Positions 7,660-17,573 of a stretch of 25,025 nt of DNA are shown piece after piece. The number at the start of each line of letters is the position of its first letter. Within the stretch, counting starts at the first letter, position 1. This DNA is from a virus (Duplodnaviria > Caudoviricetes). A program made the position numbers and the translations under genes. The notes below the pieces were generated by a model that made no database searches, had not been told where the DNA came from, and worked only from the letters and a program-made list of their open reading frames with translations. The stretch is from positions 1 to 25,025 of the IMG/VR virus record IMGVR_UViG_3300022921_000097; one strand, written 5' to 3'.

Positions 7660-10600
7660 CTCGCCATTGCGATCTCACGCAACTTACGTAGCGCGTCACG
7701 CTGCTCAAACTGTTCACGTCGCCGCTGCGACTCCTGCACCTCAGGTGTCAGATCACGCACATAGCCACCACCGGACAGCAACGCTGGGATGCCAGTAGCA
7801 CCCAACAAGTTCTTGATTGCCTTGTCCTCGTTGCGAGAACCCTCACCGGAGTACCGGTTGAACAAACCGCCGAACGGGTTGACCTGATCCAAGATGTACT
7901 CCGTCTTCGGAGTGATCACATAACCATTCGGCCCCTGCTCCGCCTGACCAGTAGCCAGCAGCAACGGCAAGATTGCTTGCTGCCATCCCTGTAGCGGCAC
8001 ATACGATTCGTCATCCAACGGGATATCTTTGTACAACTGTTTCCCAGCGAAGTTCTCCACCGCTGCTTTGATCAACGGGTTGGAGTCAGCCAAGAACCGG
8101 ATCGGATCACCCAAACGCTCCACGTCCTCTTCGACACGTGAGAACCCAAGATCAGGACGAGCCCACTGGCCGACACCGGGGATGTTGAACGGCAACCGGA
8201 ACCCGCCACCCTCAGTGAAATAGTCCGGCACCAAACCTGTCTCTTCGTCGTCGGTGCGGATGTTTCGGATCACACTGTTGAAACGTGCGTAAGCACGTGG
8301 CTTGGTCCACATTTGGGTGACCTGCAACGGCAAGTTGCGAGACATGAACGTCCAGAACGGGAACACCTGACGTGCGACCCTGTCCACGTTGGAATACTGG
8401 CTGTAGTTGAAATGGACACGGGTGATTGTCGACAACGCCTCATCAAACGAACCGCCCTGATCAATCACCTTGACTGCCAGACCGGCACGCACCCCACTTT
8501 CGACGTTCGTACCAACCTTGCGGGAAGTGCGAGTCCCCAACGGGCCTCGCAACCCGACCTCAATCATGTCGTACTGGCCTGCACCTGAAGCCAACACCGA
8601 CTCAATAATCGTCTTCTCGCGGGCATCCAACCCCGGCATCCCGACACTCTTGTACTTCTTCCAGATGCGGACACCTTCGATCATCTGCATCGAAGACACA
8701 CCCTCAGACCAGTTCATAAACGAAGCCGACATACCGTTACGAATATGGAACCGTGGAGTCGCAGTCACATACGCCTTGAACAACCTTGTGTACGTCTCCC
8801 ACGCCTTCAAGAAACCAGTGAACGCTTCAGGCTGATTCAACTCCACAATGCGTTGACGCATCCGATACAACTCGTCAGGCACCGCAACACCCGTGCCTTC
8901 AATCATGCGCCAGCCTTCTTCCAACTGGTTCAACATGTCCTCACGGAACTGGGCAGAGTTCTTACTGTTGCCGGACAGCGACTCAAAGAACTTGCCGAAG
9001 TTACGGCCCTTGCCGCCCTCGGCAGCGATCTTTGTTTCAATCGAATACGCCTGCAACATGTTCGCGTACGCGACCTGAGCGGACAGATCAGACGGGTCTT
9101 TAGCGGCCTGACGCAACCCGGCCAGATACCGTTCGTCACGGGTCAACAACTCGCCCTCAGGAACATCTTCCACCAAGGCGCGTGCTTCACGACGCAGCCG
9201 CTTGTTGCCCTGCTCAGGCACCCGCTTCAAGTTCGCTGTGATGTTCGCCGCCGCATCCTCACCGTCCAATGACGGGGCAAACCCGTCCTTGGCGGCAGCG
9301 TTTACCTGACGGCGGGCACGTGACTCCGCTGCTTGCGCTTTCTTCCTACGACGCACAGCGGCTGCTGTGCGGGGGTTCGCTTCCAACGCCTGAGGATCAC
9401 GGGCACGCAAAGCCTCGGCCTCATCAAGTTTCTGCCCGGCACGTTGCTCCATCTGTACGCCACGCGCCTGCATAGCAGCGACATCATCAGGCATCGTCGG
9501 ACGCGCAGTAACCATCCCGATCTCGGAAGGCAACAAATCTTCCGGCGGCCGTCCCCCCTTATAGCCCGGAACACGCCGGGCATAAGGTTCAAGTTCGTTC
9601 AAATCCTTCCGCCGTAAAACCCTCACAGGAACACTGTCGAACCCAAGCCGCTCCAAAGCGGCAAGCCTATGATGACCCTCCGCCAGAACAACCTTGTTTG
9701 AGTCCGTGCCATAAATGACAACCAGAGGCTCCATTTGCCCGCGCTGCGCTATATCTTGCGCCAAGGCATCAATGTCAACATTCGGGTCCAGAGTGTTAGA
9801 CCTGATCTTTTCAAGCCTGTCGATAGGCACCAACTCTGTCCTGTAACTACTGTAAGCAATTCTTTCCGTCGCCCCCTTGTTCATTTCGGAAGCAACACGC
9901 GCCTCACCACGCTTCGCTGTCAAGTAGCCAATCTCATCATCGATCTGCTGGCTGGGGACAACCCCCTCACCGCCACGCCCCAACGCAGACAACTCTTCAC
10001 CAACCTCAGCAAGCCGCCCCTCAGCCCGCTCAGTCGCCCTGATAGCGGCCCCCGTCGGGCGAGACACGCCCGGAGGCCGCACACCAGCAGCAGTGGCTTC
10101 ATCGCTTTGACGCAACAACGCCTGAGCAGCCCCACTACGGGCCTGCAATCCGGGCAACTGGGCCTCAATGCGTCGTTGCTCCGCCAACAAGCGGGCACGA
10201 CGGTTGGAACGATCACGCAACTGACGACGAGCCACATTGGCCTGCTTGCCGCGAAGACGTTCTATCTGACTGTCGATCTTCACTACCTCGTCATCGATCT
10301 GTTGCAATCGTTTCTGGGCACTGCGCCAAGCAGCATCCGCCCTCTGCTGCGCTTGGGTGGCGGCCCCCTCGGCCCTAGTGGCCTCAGCACCAATACGTGC
10401 CGTTTCGGCACGACGCGCCTCACTCGTACGTCCACGTGCAACATCTAAAGCCTCAGCCCTAGCGGCACGGATGTCATCGATCCTGTCCGGCACCGTGCCC
10501 GCAGTTTCCTCAGCGATCTGACCAGTCACCCGTGGAGCCTGAGTGGCCTGACTTGCAGCCTGACCCGGACCGAACAACTGAATCTCGTCCGCATACCGCA

Positions 10601-11978
10601 AACGACCCAACTCTGCGCTGGCGGAACGGGCCCAACGCTCCAACAGTTTGTAGCCGTCCTCTTCAACAAACTTGACGGAGCCACCCAACTCTGGGTACAA
10701 CTCGTTCATCGCTTTGTTGAACGAGAACGGGTCATCACCTTTTAGTTCTACCTTCTCGTTACCACGAACCAAGAAATCGCCTTTATTTTTTTGGCGGGCT
10801 TGGGTGATTCCCTCTTGGCTCAGATCATCAACAACACCAATTGTCTGCTTGATCTCGTCGCCAAGTTCGCCACGTACGACCGTGTCGTACTCGTCGGTGT
10901 ACACACGTGGCACATAATTACGGCGGTACTGAACAGTCGAACCCGCATCCGTCAGTTCATTGATGCCGTCATCCAAGAACGTACGGCTCTGCTGGGCAAT
11001 CGGGCTATCAGGAGCATCAGTCGCCAACTGGCGAGTCAACTCCTCACCAGACAAACCTTCCTTACGGCCAGTCTTAGAAATGTCATCAACCTGCTCCCCA
11101 AAACGGTTCAACGCAATATTGCGAGTCGCCGTTCCACGATCACCAGCCGCAATATCTTGCAGTCGCGTCAACAACGTGTCCGGATCGCCACCCATCACCA
11201 TCTGGTCATACAAGTCAACCCGTTCACGTGGGGTCACAGCACGACGCACACGCTGGCCCGTGGCCGACTGTCCGGCACGCAAACGTGCCGACGACAACGC
11301 ACCACCAATCCCCTCGGCAACACGCTGAGTCCCCGGAATCGCCGCCGTCTCACGACCAGTGAACGGCACACGGAACCTAAGCCCAGCCTGACCAATCTCC
11401 GAACCAGTCCCGCCAGCCCGAACAATGTCATCGAACAACTGGCGTTCACTACGACTCAAAGCATTCACGCCCCGCTGAGTTACCTTCTGAATCAACGGGC
11501 GAGCCTCATCAACACGACCCACAGCCTGAGCCCCACGCAACAAATCAGTCGACAACGCTGCACGACCACCCAACGTCGCGGCCTTACCGGCACCCAACGT
11601 CAAGTATGTGATCGGGTCCAACGCCACATCACCAGCAAACCCAATCAGGCGATCAACCCACTTGTTGCCAGTCGGGTCAGGGAAAGCAGAGCCAACACCG
11701 TACGTCGGGTCTTTCGTCTGCTCCAAAAAATCACCGAACGATGCTTTGGTTTCCGGATCGGAATCCAACAAATCAACCGTCTCACGGATACCAGAAATGA
11801 TCGCACGCCTCGGCGTATCGATTGCGGTCAACGGGGCAACAATTCCCCTAGCCAACGTCCCAAGAAAACCCGGCCCACCAGACTGCTGCTGCGACTGCTG
11901 TGTCCGCACCACGTCAGGCAGCCTTGACAGGCCACGCCCAGAACCCTGCTTCTCGTCGTCGTAAGGAAGGATCGGCAT
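7656..11978 (-). CDS. Large internal virion/ejection-type protein (1440 aa) with coiled-coil region and embedded ParB/Srx-like domain
   Basis: Last and largest gene after the nozzle. N-terminal GFAGDVALDPITYLTLG motif, central Arg/Ala coiled coil, LAEGHHRLAAL ParB motif, C-terminal HFNYS...VFPFWTF pattern typical of large phage virion proteins. Confidence 0.75.
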   Translation of the reverse strand: MPILPYDDEKQGSGRGLSRLPDVVRTQQSQQQSGGPGFLGTLARGIVAPLTAIDTPRRAIISGIRETVDLLDSDPETKASFGDFLEQTKDPTYGVGSAFPDPTGNKWVDRLIGFAGDVALDPITYLTLGAGKAATLGGRAALSTDLLRGAQAVGRVDEARPLIQKVTQRGVNALSRSERQLFDDIVRAGGTGSEIGQAGLRFRVPFTGRETAAIPGTQRVAEGIGGALSSARLRAGQSATGQRVRRAVTPRERVDLYDQMVMGGDPDTLLTRLQDIAAGDRGTATRNIALNRFGEQVDDISKTGRKEGLSGEELTRQLATDAPDSPIAQQSRTFLDDGINELTDAGSTVQYRRNYVPRVYTDEYDTVVRGELGDEIKQTIGVVDDLSQEGITQARQKNKGDFLVRGNEKVELKGDDPFSFNKAMNELYPELGGSVKFVEEDGYKLLERWARSASAELGRLRYADEIQLFGPGQAASQATQAPRVTGQIAEETAGTVPDRIDDIRAARAEALDVARGRTSEARRAETARIGAEATRAEGAATQAQQRADAAWRSAQKRLQQIDDEVVKIDSQIERLRGKQANVARRQLRDRSNRRARLLAEQRRIEAQLPGLQARSGAAQALLRQSDEATAAGVRPPGVSRPTGAAIRATERAEGRLAEVGEELSALGRGGEGVVPSQQIDDEIGYLTAKRGEARVASEMNKGATERIAYSSYRTELVPIDRLEKIRSNTLDPNVDIDALAQDIAQRGQMEPLVVIYGTDSNKVVLAEGHHRLAALERLGFDSVPVRVLRRKDLNELEPYARRVPGYKGGRPPEDLLPSEIGMVTARPTMPDDVAAMQARGVQMEQRAGQKLDEAEALRARDPQALEANPRTAAAVRRRKKAQAAESRARRQVNAAAKDGFAPSLDGEDAAANITANLKRVPEQGNKRLRREARALVEDVPEGELLTRDERYLAGLRQAAKDPSDLSAQVAYANMLQAYSIETKIAAEGGKGRNFGKFFESLSGNSKNSAQFREDMLNQLEEGWRMIEGTGVAVPDELYRMRQRIVELNQPEAFTGFLKAWETYTRLFKAYVTATPRFHIRNGMSASFMNWSEGVSSMQMIEGVRIWKKYKSVGMPGLDAREKTIIESVLASGAGQYDMIEVGLRGPLGTRTSRKVGTNVESGVRAGLAVKVIDQGGSFDEALSTITRVHFNYSQYSNVDRVARQVFPFWTFMSRNLPLQVTQMWTKPRAYARFNSVIRNIRTDDEETGLVPDYFTEGGGFRLPFNIPGVGQWARPDLGFSRVEEDVERLGDPIRFLADSNPLIKAAVENFAGKQLYKDIPLDDESYVPLQGWQQAILPLLLATGQAEQGPNGYVITPKTEYILDQVNPFGGLFNRYSGEGSRNEDKAIKNLLGATGIPALLSGGGYVRDLTPEVQESQRRREQFEQRDALRKLREIAMAS

Positions 11979-13466
11979 TTACTGTGCCCCTCGGCGCAGC
12001 GGCCCCGCCGCAGCGCGAGCCACACTACGAATCTGATCCTGCGACAACCGGTACCTCTGCCTACCACCGCCGCCACCGGAAGTGACAGTCGGGAAAGAAC
12101 TAGTCAGGAAATCACGGTAGATATCCAACTGTGCGGCACCCGGAATAGTTCCTTTAGCCCCGGCCTCCTCGGCTTGCTGCCTAGCCAAATCAGACAACTC
12201 TCTTTGCCGCACAACCGAATCGTTGATCTCCCTACGTAAGTTTTCCTCGGCCAACGGGACACCCTTATTTGCCTGCTCAACCGCAGCAAAAGTGGCGTAC
12301 CTGTTAGCAGACTGGATAGCAGCCTCACGTTGACGATCAAGTGCCTCCTGCTGCACCGGAGGCAAAGGAGAAGGACCAGTCTCAGATGGTTGAACACCCG
12401 GAGCCAACCGTGCCAAAACATCAAGTTGATCAGGCAAAGTCTTAGGCTGAACGTCAGCCCCACCATAACCAGACGTGACATTTCTGCCGCCGGTCAACCG
12501 GTAAAACTGCTCCATAGGGTCAGCCGTGCCGGGAGCGGGAGCCCCCGGAGCAAGCCTTTGCAACATCGCCAAATCATCGGTTTGAGGGGCATTGACAGGA
12601 GGTCTGGGTGCACTCACAGTTGCGCCCTCAGGGATACGTGCACCAGCAACACTTGCGCCCTGCTCAACAGTCGGTGGAGTCACCGACCTGTTGAAGAAAT
12701 CGATTATCCCTCTTTCAATATCTTCCTGCCCCTGAACACCACGGGCAGCCTGCTGCGCAGTCTCTCTGCCTACACGCCCAAGACGATCCCTAAGGGCATC
12801 TGTTTCACGACCAACCGTTGCGGCCTCCGCTTCAGTCGCTTGCGACGCGGCGGCCAAAGCCTGATCGGGTTGGAACAGCCAAATGTTCGGATCGTTGAAC
12901 GGGCCGGTAAGACCAAGTTCCTCCATGTCAGCACGAACAGCAGTCTCATCACGGGCAACATATCGTTGCCCGTCCATCTCAAACGTGTTGCGCTCGGCCT
13001 CAACAGCATCCTGATAAGCCTCCAAAATGCCTGACAGATCATTGAACTCATCCCGCTCCGTATCGCTCACATCAGGACGAGGATTACCCTCAGCATCACG
13101 GAACACAAGCCCACTAATCGCCGCCAACGCAACATCAGGGGCAATGCCATCAATTACCGACTCGGCAATACTGTTCATCGTTTCCGGCTGGATGCCCAGA
13201 CGCGACGCAACACGTCGCATCGCCTCATTCACCTGTTCCTGAATAACCAGCGGATCAGGTCCGTCATACGGCGTGTACGCCAACTGTTGAACCGTGTCAG
13301 AAATATATTGGGCATCGACACCCGGCATCCCAATAGCAGCCTGAGCCAACAAGTTCTGGGAGAAATCAAACAGGTTCTCCAAATCGTTGATCTGGTTAGA
13401 ACCACTACCCGTGCCAATGAAGGCACGCAGCATCGCTGCTTGTTCTTCAGGTGTCAACGGAGGCAT
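11979..13466 (-). CDS. Putative internal virion protein (495 aa)
   Basis: Long ORF tightly coupled to neighbours; Ala/Gln/Pro-rich; position between nozzle and large ejection-type protein. Confidence 0.6.
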   Translation of the reverse strand: MPPLTPEEQAAMLRAFIGTGSGSNQINDLENLFDFSQNLLAQAAIGMPGVDAQYISDTVQQLAYTPYDGPDPLVIQEQVNEAMRRVASRLGIQPETMNSIAESVIDGIAPDVALAAISGLVFRDAEGNPRPDVSDTERDEFNDLSGILEAYQDAVEAERNTFEMDGQRYVARDETAVRADMEELGLTGPFNDPNIWLFQPDQALAAASQATEAEAATVGRETDALRDRLGRVGRETAQQAARGVQGQEDIERGIIDFFNRSVTPPTVEQGASVAGARIPEGATVSAPRPPVNAPQTDDLAMLQRLAPGAPAPGTADPMEQFYRLTGGRNVTSGYGGADVQPKTLPDQLDVLARLAPGVQPSETGPSPLPPVQQEALDRQREAAIQSANRYATFAAVEQANKGVPLAEENLRREINDSVVRQRELSDLARQQAEEAGAKGTIPGAAQLDIYRDFLTSSFPTVTSGGGGGRQRYRLSQDQIRSVARAAAGPLRRGAQ

Positions 13467-14377
13467 CAGACAGCCCCCACCGAACCAAGAGCCTCACTCA
13501 TCGGCATACCAATCTCCTCAGAGAACGCCAACCACAACTCCAACAACGACTCCGGTTCCAAAGTATCCACAATCGGATTCACCATCGAAGTGAACATGTT
13601 CACCGCAGAGTTCACCGCATTCTGATCGAACACCTGAGAGGACTGAGCGGCCTGAACAACAGCCTGATCCTGAGCGAAATCAAACTCCCGCTGCGCCCGC
13701 TCCGCTGCCGCAGCAGCCTCAGCCTGATCAAACGCAAAACGCTCACCCTGCTGCTGTGCCGCCGTCATAGCGTTGATAGCAGCCAACTCCCGTTCATCAA
13801 ACCCGAGACTGGCAGCAATCTGATCACGTGAAATCTGGTTGATCGCAGCATCCAAATCAGCCATCTCACGTGACTGGGCAGCACCCATCCCGAACTGCTG
13901 CGCCTGAGCCAAAGCAGCCAACTGTGCCAAATCGCTGGTCTGTGCGAGATCAATATCGCTCAGACGGCTAGCCCTGTTAGCAGCCTCGGACTGTCCCAAC
14001 GTGTTATACACCTGCTGAAGAGCGGCCTGATTAGCCTGACCGAACTGTCCCGCAGCACTCTGCAAGTTCGCTGCGGTAGCAGCGTCCATCCCCACAGACG
14101 GGGCCGCAGCAGCCTGCGGGCCCGGACCAACCGGCCCACGGTAAACCTGAGGAGCAGCCTGAACCCGGTTGCGTGCAGCACCATAACCTGAGCGAGCCTG
14201 ACCAGACGCAGTAGCCGACATGTCGGCCAACTGCTGACCCATCATCGCATAACGATCAGCAACATTCTGACGGGACTGACGGTTACCGGACAGCAACTGA
14301 CCGAACAACTCGTCTGTTCGCTGACGGGAACCCCCAAGGTTCCCCAAGTAACTTTCGTACGCATCTGTCATAGACAT
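13466..14377 (-). CDS. Putative internal virion protein (Ala/Gln-rich, helical)
   Basis: ORF open from 14383; ATG 14377 preceded by GGAG. Low-complexity Ala/Gln composition typical of ejection proteins. Confidence 0.6.
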   Translation of the reverse strand: MSMTDAYESYLGNLGGSRQRTDELFGQLLSGNRQSRQNVADRYAMMGQQLADMSATASGQARSGYGAARNRVQAAPQVYRGPVGPGPQAAAAPSVGMDAATAANLQSAAGQFGQANQAALQQVYNTLGQSEAANRASRLSDIDLAQTSDLAQLAALAQAQQFGMGAAQSREMADLDAAINQISRDQIAASLGFDERELAAINAMTAAQQQGERFAFDQAEAAAAAERAQREFDFAQDQAVVQAAQSSQVFDQNAVNSAVNMFTSMVNPIVDTLEPESLLELWLAFSEEIGMPMSEALGSVGAV

Positions 14378-14379
14378 AA

Positions 14380-14814
14380 TCAACTCCCCATGAACGGGTA
14401 ATAGTTCAACAACTCGGCAGCCAACTGGGCGATACTGTTCGCCTTGGCAATCTCCGCTTCCTGAACAGCGGACTCATACGCAGCCTGAGCCTGAGCATCA
14501 GACAAATTCGCCATATCCAACTGCTGTGCAGTTTGATTACGGATGTCCTGCTCAGACCTGAAAGCCTGCGTACCAAACTCATTACGTGCCTGCTGTTGAA
14601 GCCCGCTGTTTCGCAGCCCACGCTGCGAATACGCGGCAGACAAAGCACCCAGATCACGGTTCGTTTGCTCACCAAGACTACGTAACTCCCTATCGCCACG
14701 CTGCTGAGACAAAAACCGGCTATAGGCGTTCTGAGCCAAGGTCGCGTCACGCTGAGTACGTGCCGACCGTTCACCACGCCCAACGGACAAACCAAGGTTC
14801 GCAAAAGAAGCCAT
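14380..14814 (-). CDS. Putative small internal virion protein
   Basis: Ala/Gln-rich helical ORF with AYSQRGLRNSGLQ motif; starts at the end of a late-motif copy (GTG 14817 or ATG 14814). Confidence 0.6.
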   Translation of the reverse strand: MASFANLGLSVGRGERSARTQRDATLAQNAYSRFLSQQRGDRELRSLGEQTNRDLGALSAAYSQRGLRNSGLQQQARNEFGTQAFRSEQDIRNQTAQQLDMANLSDAQAQAAYESAVQEAEIAKANSIAQLAAELLNYYPFMGS

Positions 14815-14836
14815 CACTAAATAGCCATTTCGTTAC
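14812..14836 (-). promoter_or_regulatory. Conserved late-promoter-like motif, copy upstream of the internal protein cluster
   Basis: GTAACGAAATGGCTATTTAGTGATG on the - strand. Confidence 0.75.
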
Positions 14837-14970
14837 AAGCCGCCCGCATCAAGGCGTGCACGGATACGTTCCAACTCTTGAATCAACGCCAAAATCACCT
14901 GCCGCAACACAGCAGCATCCTCACCCTGAAGGCGACCCAAACCGGGAGGAGTGAACTTCTGATCAGCCAT
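14833..14970 (-). CDS. Small helical protein (45 aa, MADQKFTPPGLGRLQGEDAAVLRQVILALIQELERIRARLDAGGL)
   Basis: Hand-translated; TAATG coupling to the nozzle stop; exactly fills the gap. Confidence 0.7.
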   Translation of the reverse strand: MADQKFTPPGLGRLQGEDAAVLRQVILALIQELERIRARLDAGGL

Positions 14971-16658
14971 TACAACCTGCTCCTACGCGGGTTGAACTTG
15001 AATGTGATGCCATTCACACCCCACGCCTGACCCCCAACACCAGACACCTTCAACTGGATAGCGTTAGCCAAACCCAGATTCGTTCCCTTCACCAGATCAG
15101 ACCCCAGATCAGGTTGCACCCACGACTCATAGCCACCCGCAAAAGACGTACCGCTGAACGTCAACTGGAAATCACGCTGAGAAGTGGAACGATCCCAGTT
15201 ATGGAACGTGGACACATCAATCGTTGTGTCCTCACCCAACTGGCGGACCACGAACTCGGGTCGCCGCCAAAACTTTTTGGCGGTCGTCTGACCTGCATCC
15301 TGCCACTTCGTCACATAATACGATTCAAAGTTTTGTGTAGTGCCAGCGATCAGATCATCAGCGGTTTCAGGCACATCGATCTGCAACGCAAACGGCTGAG
15401 TTGGATGCAACACCATCGGCAACCGGCGACCAGAATCATCAACGAACTCTGTGCCACCAGCAAACCCGTACCCATCAGCCAACGTGTACCGCGACCACGC
15501 ACCACCCTCGCCAACTGTCTGATCCCACACAAACGTCGACGTAGGTACAGAAGCCTGAATCGAACCGTTGAACTTTGAATCAGGAGAATCAAACGTCACT
15601 AGCGGCTCATCAAAATCTTCCCCCGTTGCCGGATCGACACCGACCGGCAACGACAACATCACCTTACGATCAACCCACGAAACATAGATGCCATCCAACG
15701 ACTCATCATTCATCTCACCGATCTGAATGATCGGACGCATCTTCTGGAACAAGTCAATAAAACGTGAGCCATCAAACGCAAACAAACCATCAGGCCAAGA
15801 GAACATGAACACAGCAGACTCGGTCGCAGCCACAGCCTTAGCCGACGGCACACCAATCTGATTCGTCAACTGCACCAACTGGAACGTCGTCTCATCAAAA
15901 CCAAGGATCGCAAAAATGGCCCGAGGTTTGAACACCAACAACTGGTCACCAAACGACACAATCGCCTGAATGCCACGGCCACCGCCAACAACATCGATGT
16001 AATCCAACTCACGCCAACACTCCGGATTACCCGGATGAGAAAACCGGACACGGTCCGGGTACGGCACAACCGAACCCGCCCCGTTACCGTCATAAGTATG
16101 AGCAACCCACAAACGGTCAGCATGAACCGTCAAATGCTCAGAACGAGGACAATGAGAACCAGACGCACCCACATACGAGTTCTGCCAATCCGTCGCCCCA
16201 ATACCAGAAGCAGTCAACAACGTCGCCGTTGGCGACGCACCAATACCGTCCCAACGAAACGCATTGTTCGACTCGCCCGCACACCCATAAATATATGAAG
16301 TACCAGAATTAGACCACGCACCAAACTCGGCACCATCAACAGCGTCCGTTGTCACACCCAAATCAGCGAACGTGTCAGTCTTCGTCCAAAACACCTTGTT
16401 GTTCGCAGCAACAAACAACTGGCGGCTATTGCCATCCCAAGCGAACACCCGATGAGGGTCAAACGACCCGGAAACAATCGACCCAATAGCCGACGTGTTG
16501 TAATCCCTGACACCGTTCCGCTGCGAAAACCCGCCACGCGGATCGATATCAACATTCAACAAATCAGGTGACTCATTATCAGCCAACTGGAAAGCATCAG
16601 CACGATAATTCAGACCACCAGTGAAGTCCTGAACCTGAAGCGTTTCCAGCCGTGCCAT
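14970..16658 (-). CDS. Tail nozzle / tail tubular protein B-like (beta-rich)
   Basis: N-terminal DFTGGLN...NESPDLLNVDIDPRGG, internal DRLWVA, RVRFS, QLLVFK beta-propeller-like segments; 562 aa; follows the adaptor gene. Confidence 0.75.
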   Translation of the reverse strand: MARLETLQVQDFTGGLNYRADAFQLADNESPDLLNVDIDPRGGFSQRNGVRDYNTSAIGSIVSGSFDPHRVFAWDGNSRQLFVAANNKVFWTKTDTFADLGVTTDAVDGAEFGAWSNSGTSYIYGCAGESNNAFRWDGIGASPTATLLTASGIGATDWQNSYVGASGSHCPRSEHLTVHADRLWVAHTYDGNGAGSVVPYPDRVRFSHPGNPECWRELDYIDVVGGGRGIQAIVSFGDQLLVFKPRAIFAILGFDETTFQLVQLTNQIGVPSAKAVAATESAVFMFSWPDGLFAFDGSRFIDLFQKMRPIIQIGEMNDESLDGIYVSWVDRKVMLSLPVGVDPATGEDFDEPLVTFDSPDSKFNGSIQASVPTSTFVWDQTVGEGGAWSRYTLADGYGFAGGTEFVDDSGRRLPMVLHPTQPFALQIDVPETADDLIAGTTQNFESYYVTKWQDAGQTTAKKFWRRPEFVVRQLGEDTTIDVSTFHNWDRSTSQRDFQLTFSGTSFAGGYESWVQPDLGSDLVKGTNLGLANAIQLKVSGVGGQAWGVNGITFKFNPRRSRL

Positions 16659-17338
16659 CAGAAGTACACCGGGGACTGCCAGCCATTAGACGACTCATGG
16701 AACCGTCCACCCGAGTACACCAAAGGACGATGCGACGACACCCGCAAAATATCCGAAGCAGCCAACCGGACAGCCTCATCAAACGAATCCCGATAGAACC
16801 GAGCCAACTGGACATCTTCCTGCAACTGGTACAACTGGGCAACCGCGTAATACACCAACGACTGATGCAAACGATCATCAGCATCAACCTGAGTTGTATC
16901 GTTCGCAGTCCAATCCGTTGGCTTGCGGAAACCCCGCAACGCCAACGTGTACACAGCATCCGGAGTAGGCCAGATGTACAGTTTCTGCTCCCACACAGAG
17001 AAATGCATCGGACGGCCAACAGTGTCCTGAGTGCCCAACCAGAACGCCTCAGCATCCGCATGGTCAACCAACGTCAACCGGATACCACCAATAGACCCTT
17101 CCACAACAGAAGTGATCTCACGAACATCGCCAGAACCAATAGCGGAAATCGTGTAACCCTTCTGCCCATTCACAGTAGACAACGTGTACGACTTCTCCAA
17201 GAACGGCCAACGCCGTTCCAAAGAAATCATCCGGTCATAACCATCTTTGATGTACATGTTGAGCAAAGCATCCGACACATCGTCGGTATCCATGTCAACA
17301 ATCTCACGAACCTTGGAGCGGATTTCAGCCAGATTCAT
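16658..17338 (-). CDS. Head-tail adaptor / tail tubular protein A-like
   Basis: MNLAEIRSKVR...LNMYIKDGY...RWPFL, GRP.HF, LYIWPTPD, HQSLVYYA patterns; GGAG SD before ATG 17338 (ORF open from 17344). Confidence 0.75.
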   Translation of the reverse strand: MNLAEIRSKVREIVDMDTDDVSDALLNMYIKDGYDRMISLERRWPFLEKSYTLSTVNGQKGYTISAIGSGDVREITSVVEGSIGGIRLTLVDHADAEAFWLGTQDTVGRPMHFSVWEQKLYIWPTPDAVYTLALRGFRKPTDWTANDTTQVDADDRLHQSLVYYAVAQLYQLQEDVQLARFYRDSFDEAVRLAASDILRVSSHRPLVYSGGRFHESSNGWQSPVYF

Positions 17339-17573
17339 TCTCACGCTCCTTCACATCGCGGGCAATCTGCCTCAAATGACCCATGCAATAATCCGTGCCC
17401 TTAGCCCTATGGCCCTGACACGTTGCATCATTCGCCATACAACGGGTATGACCCGTGTATGGCATCCCACCCGGAGGGGCAGGAGAAGAACCCTTAGCCT
17501 GAGCAGCAGGCCGGGCATCCCGCAAAGCGGGCTCCCCGTACAGGGAGTGGGCAGGAACAGCATTAGGAGTCAT
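17325..17573 (-). CDS. Small protein with a C3H zinc-finger-like motif
   Basis: C-x6-C-x10-C-x2-H (CMANDATCQGHRAKGTDYCMGH); begins at a late-motif copy. Confidence 0.7.
   Translation of the reverse strand: MTPNAVPAHSLYGEPALRDARPAAQAKGSSPAPPGGMPYTGHTRCMANDATCQGHRAKGTDYCMGHLRQIARDVKERENESG

Noticed and set aside
10738-10762. Sixth GTAACGA on the - strand
   Set aside because: Inside the 1440-aa gene and lacks the downstream CTA/TAGT..ATG part; treated as a chance match.
7656-11978. Tape measure protein or virion RNA polymerase call for the 1440-aa ORF
   Set aside because: No tail tube or chaperone genes, no tape-measure periodicity and no recognisable RNAP catalytic motifs.
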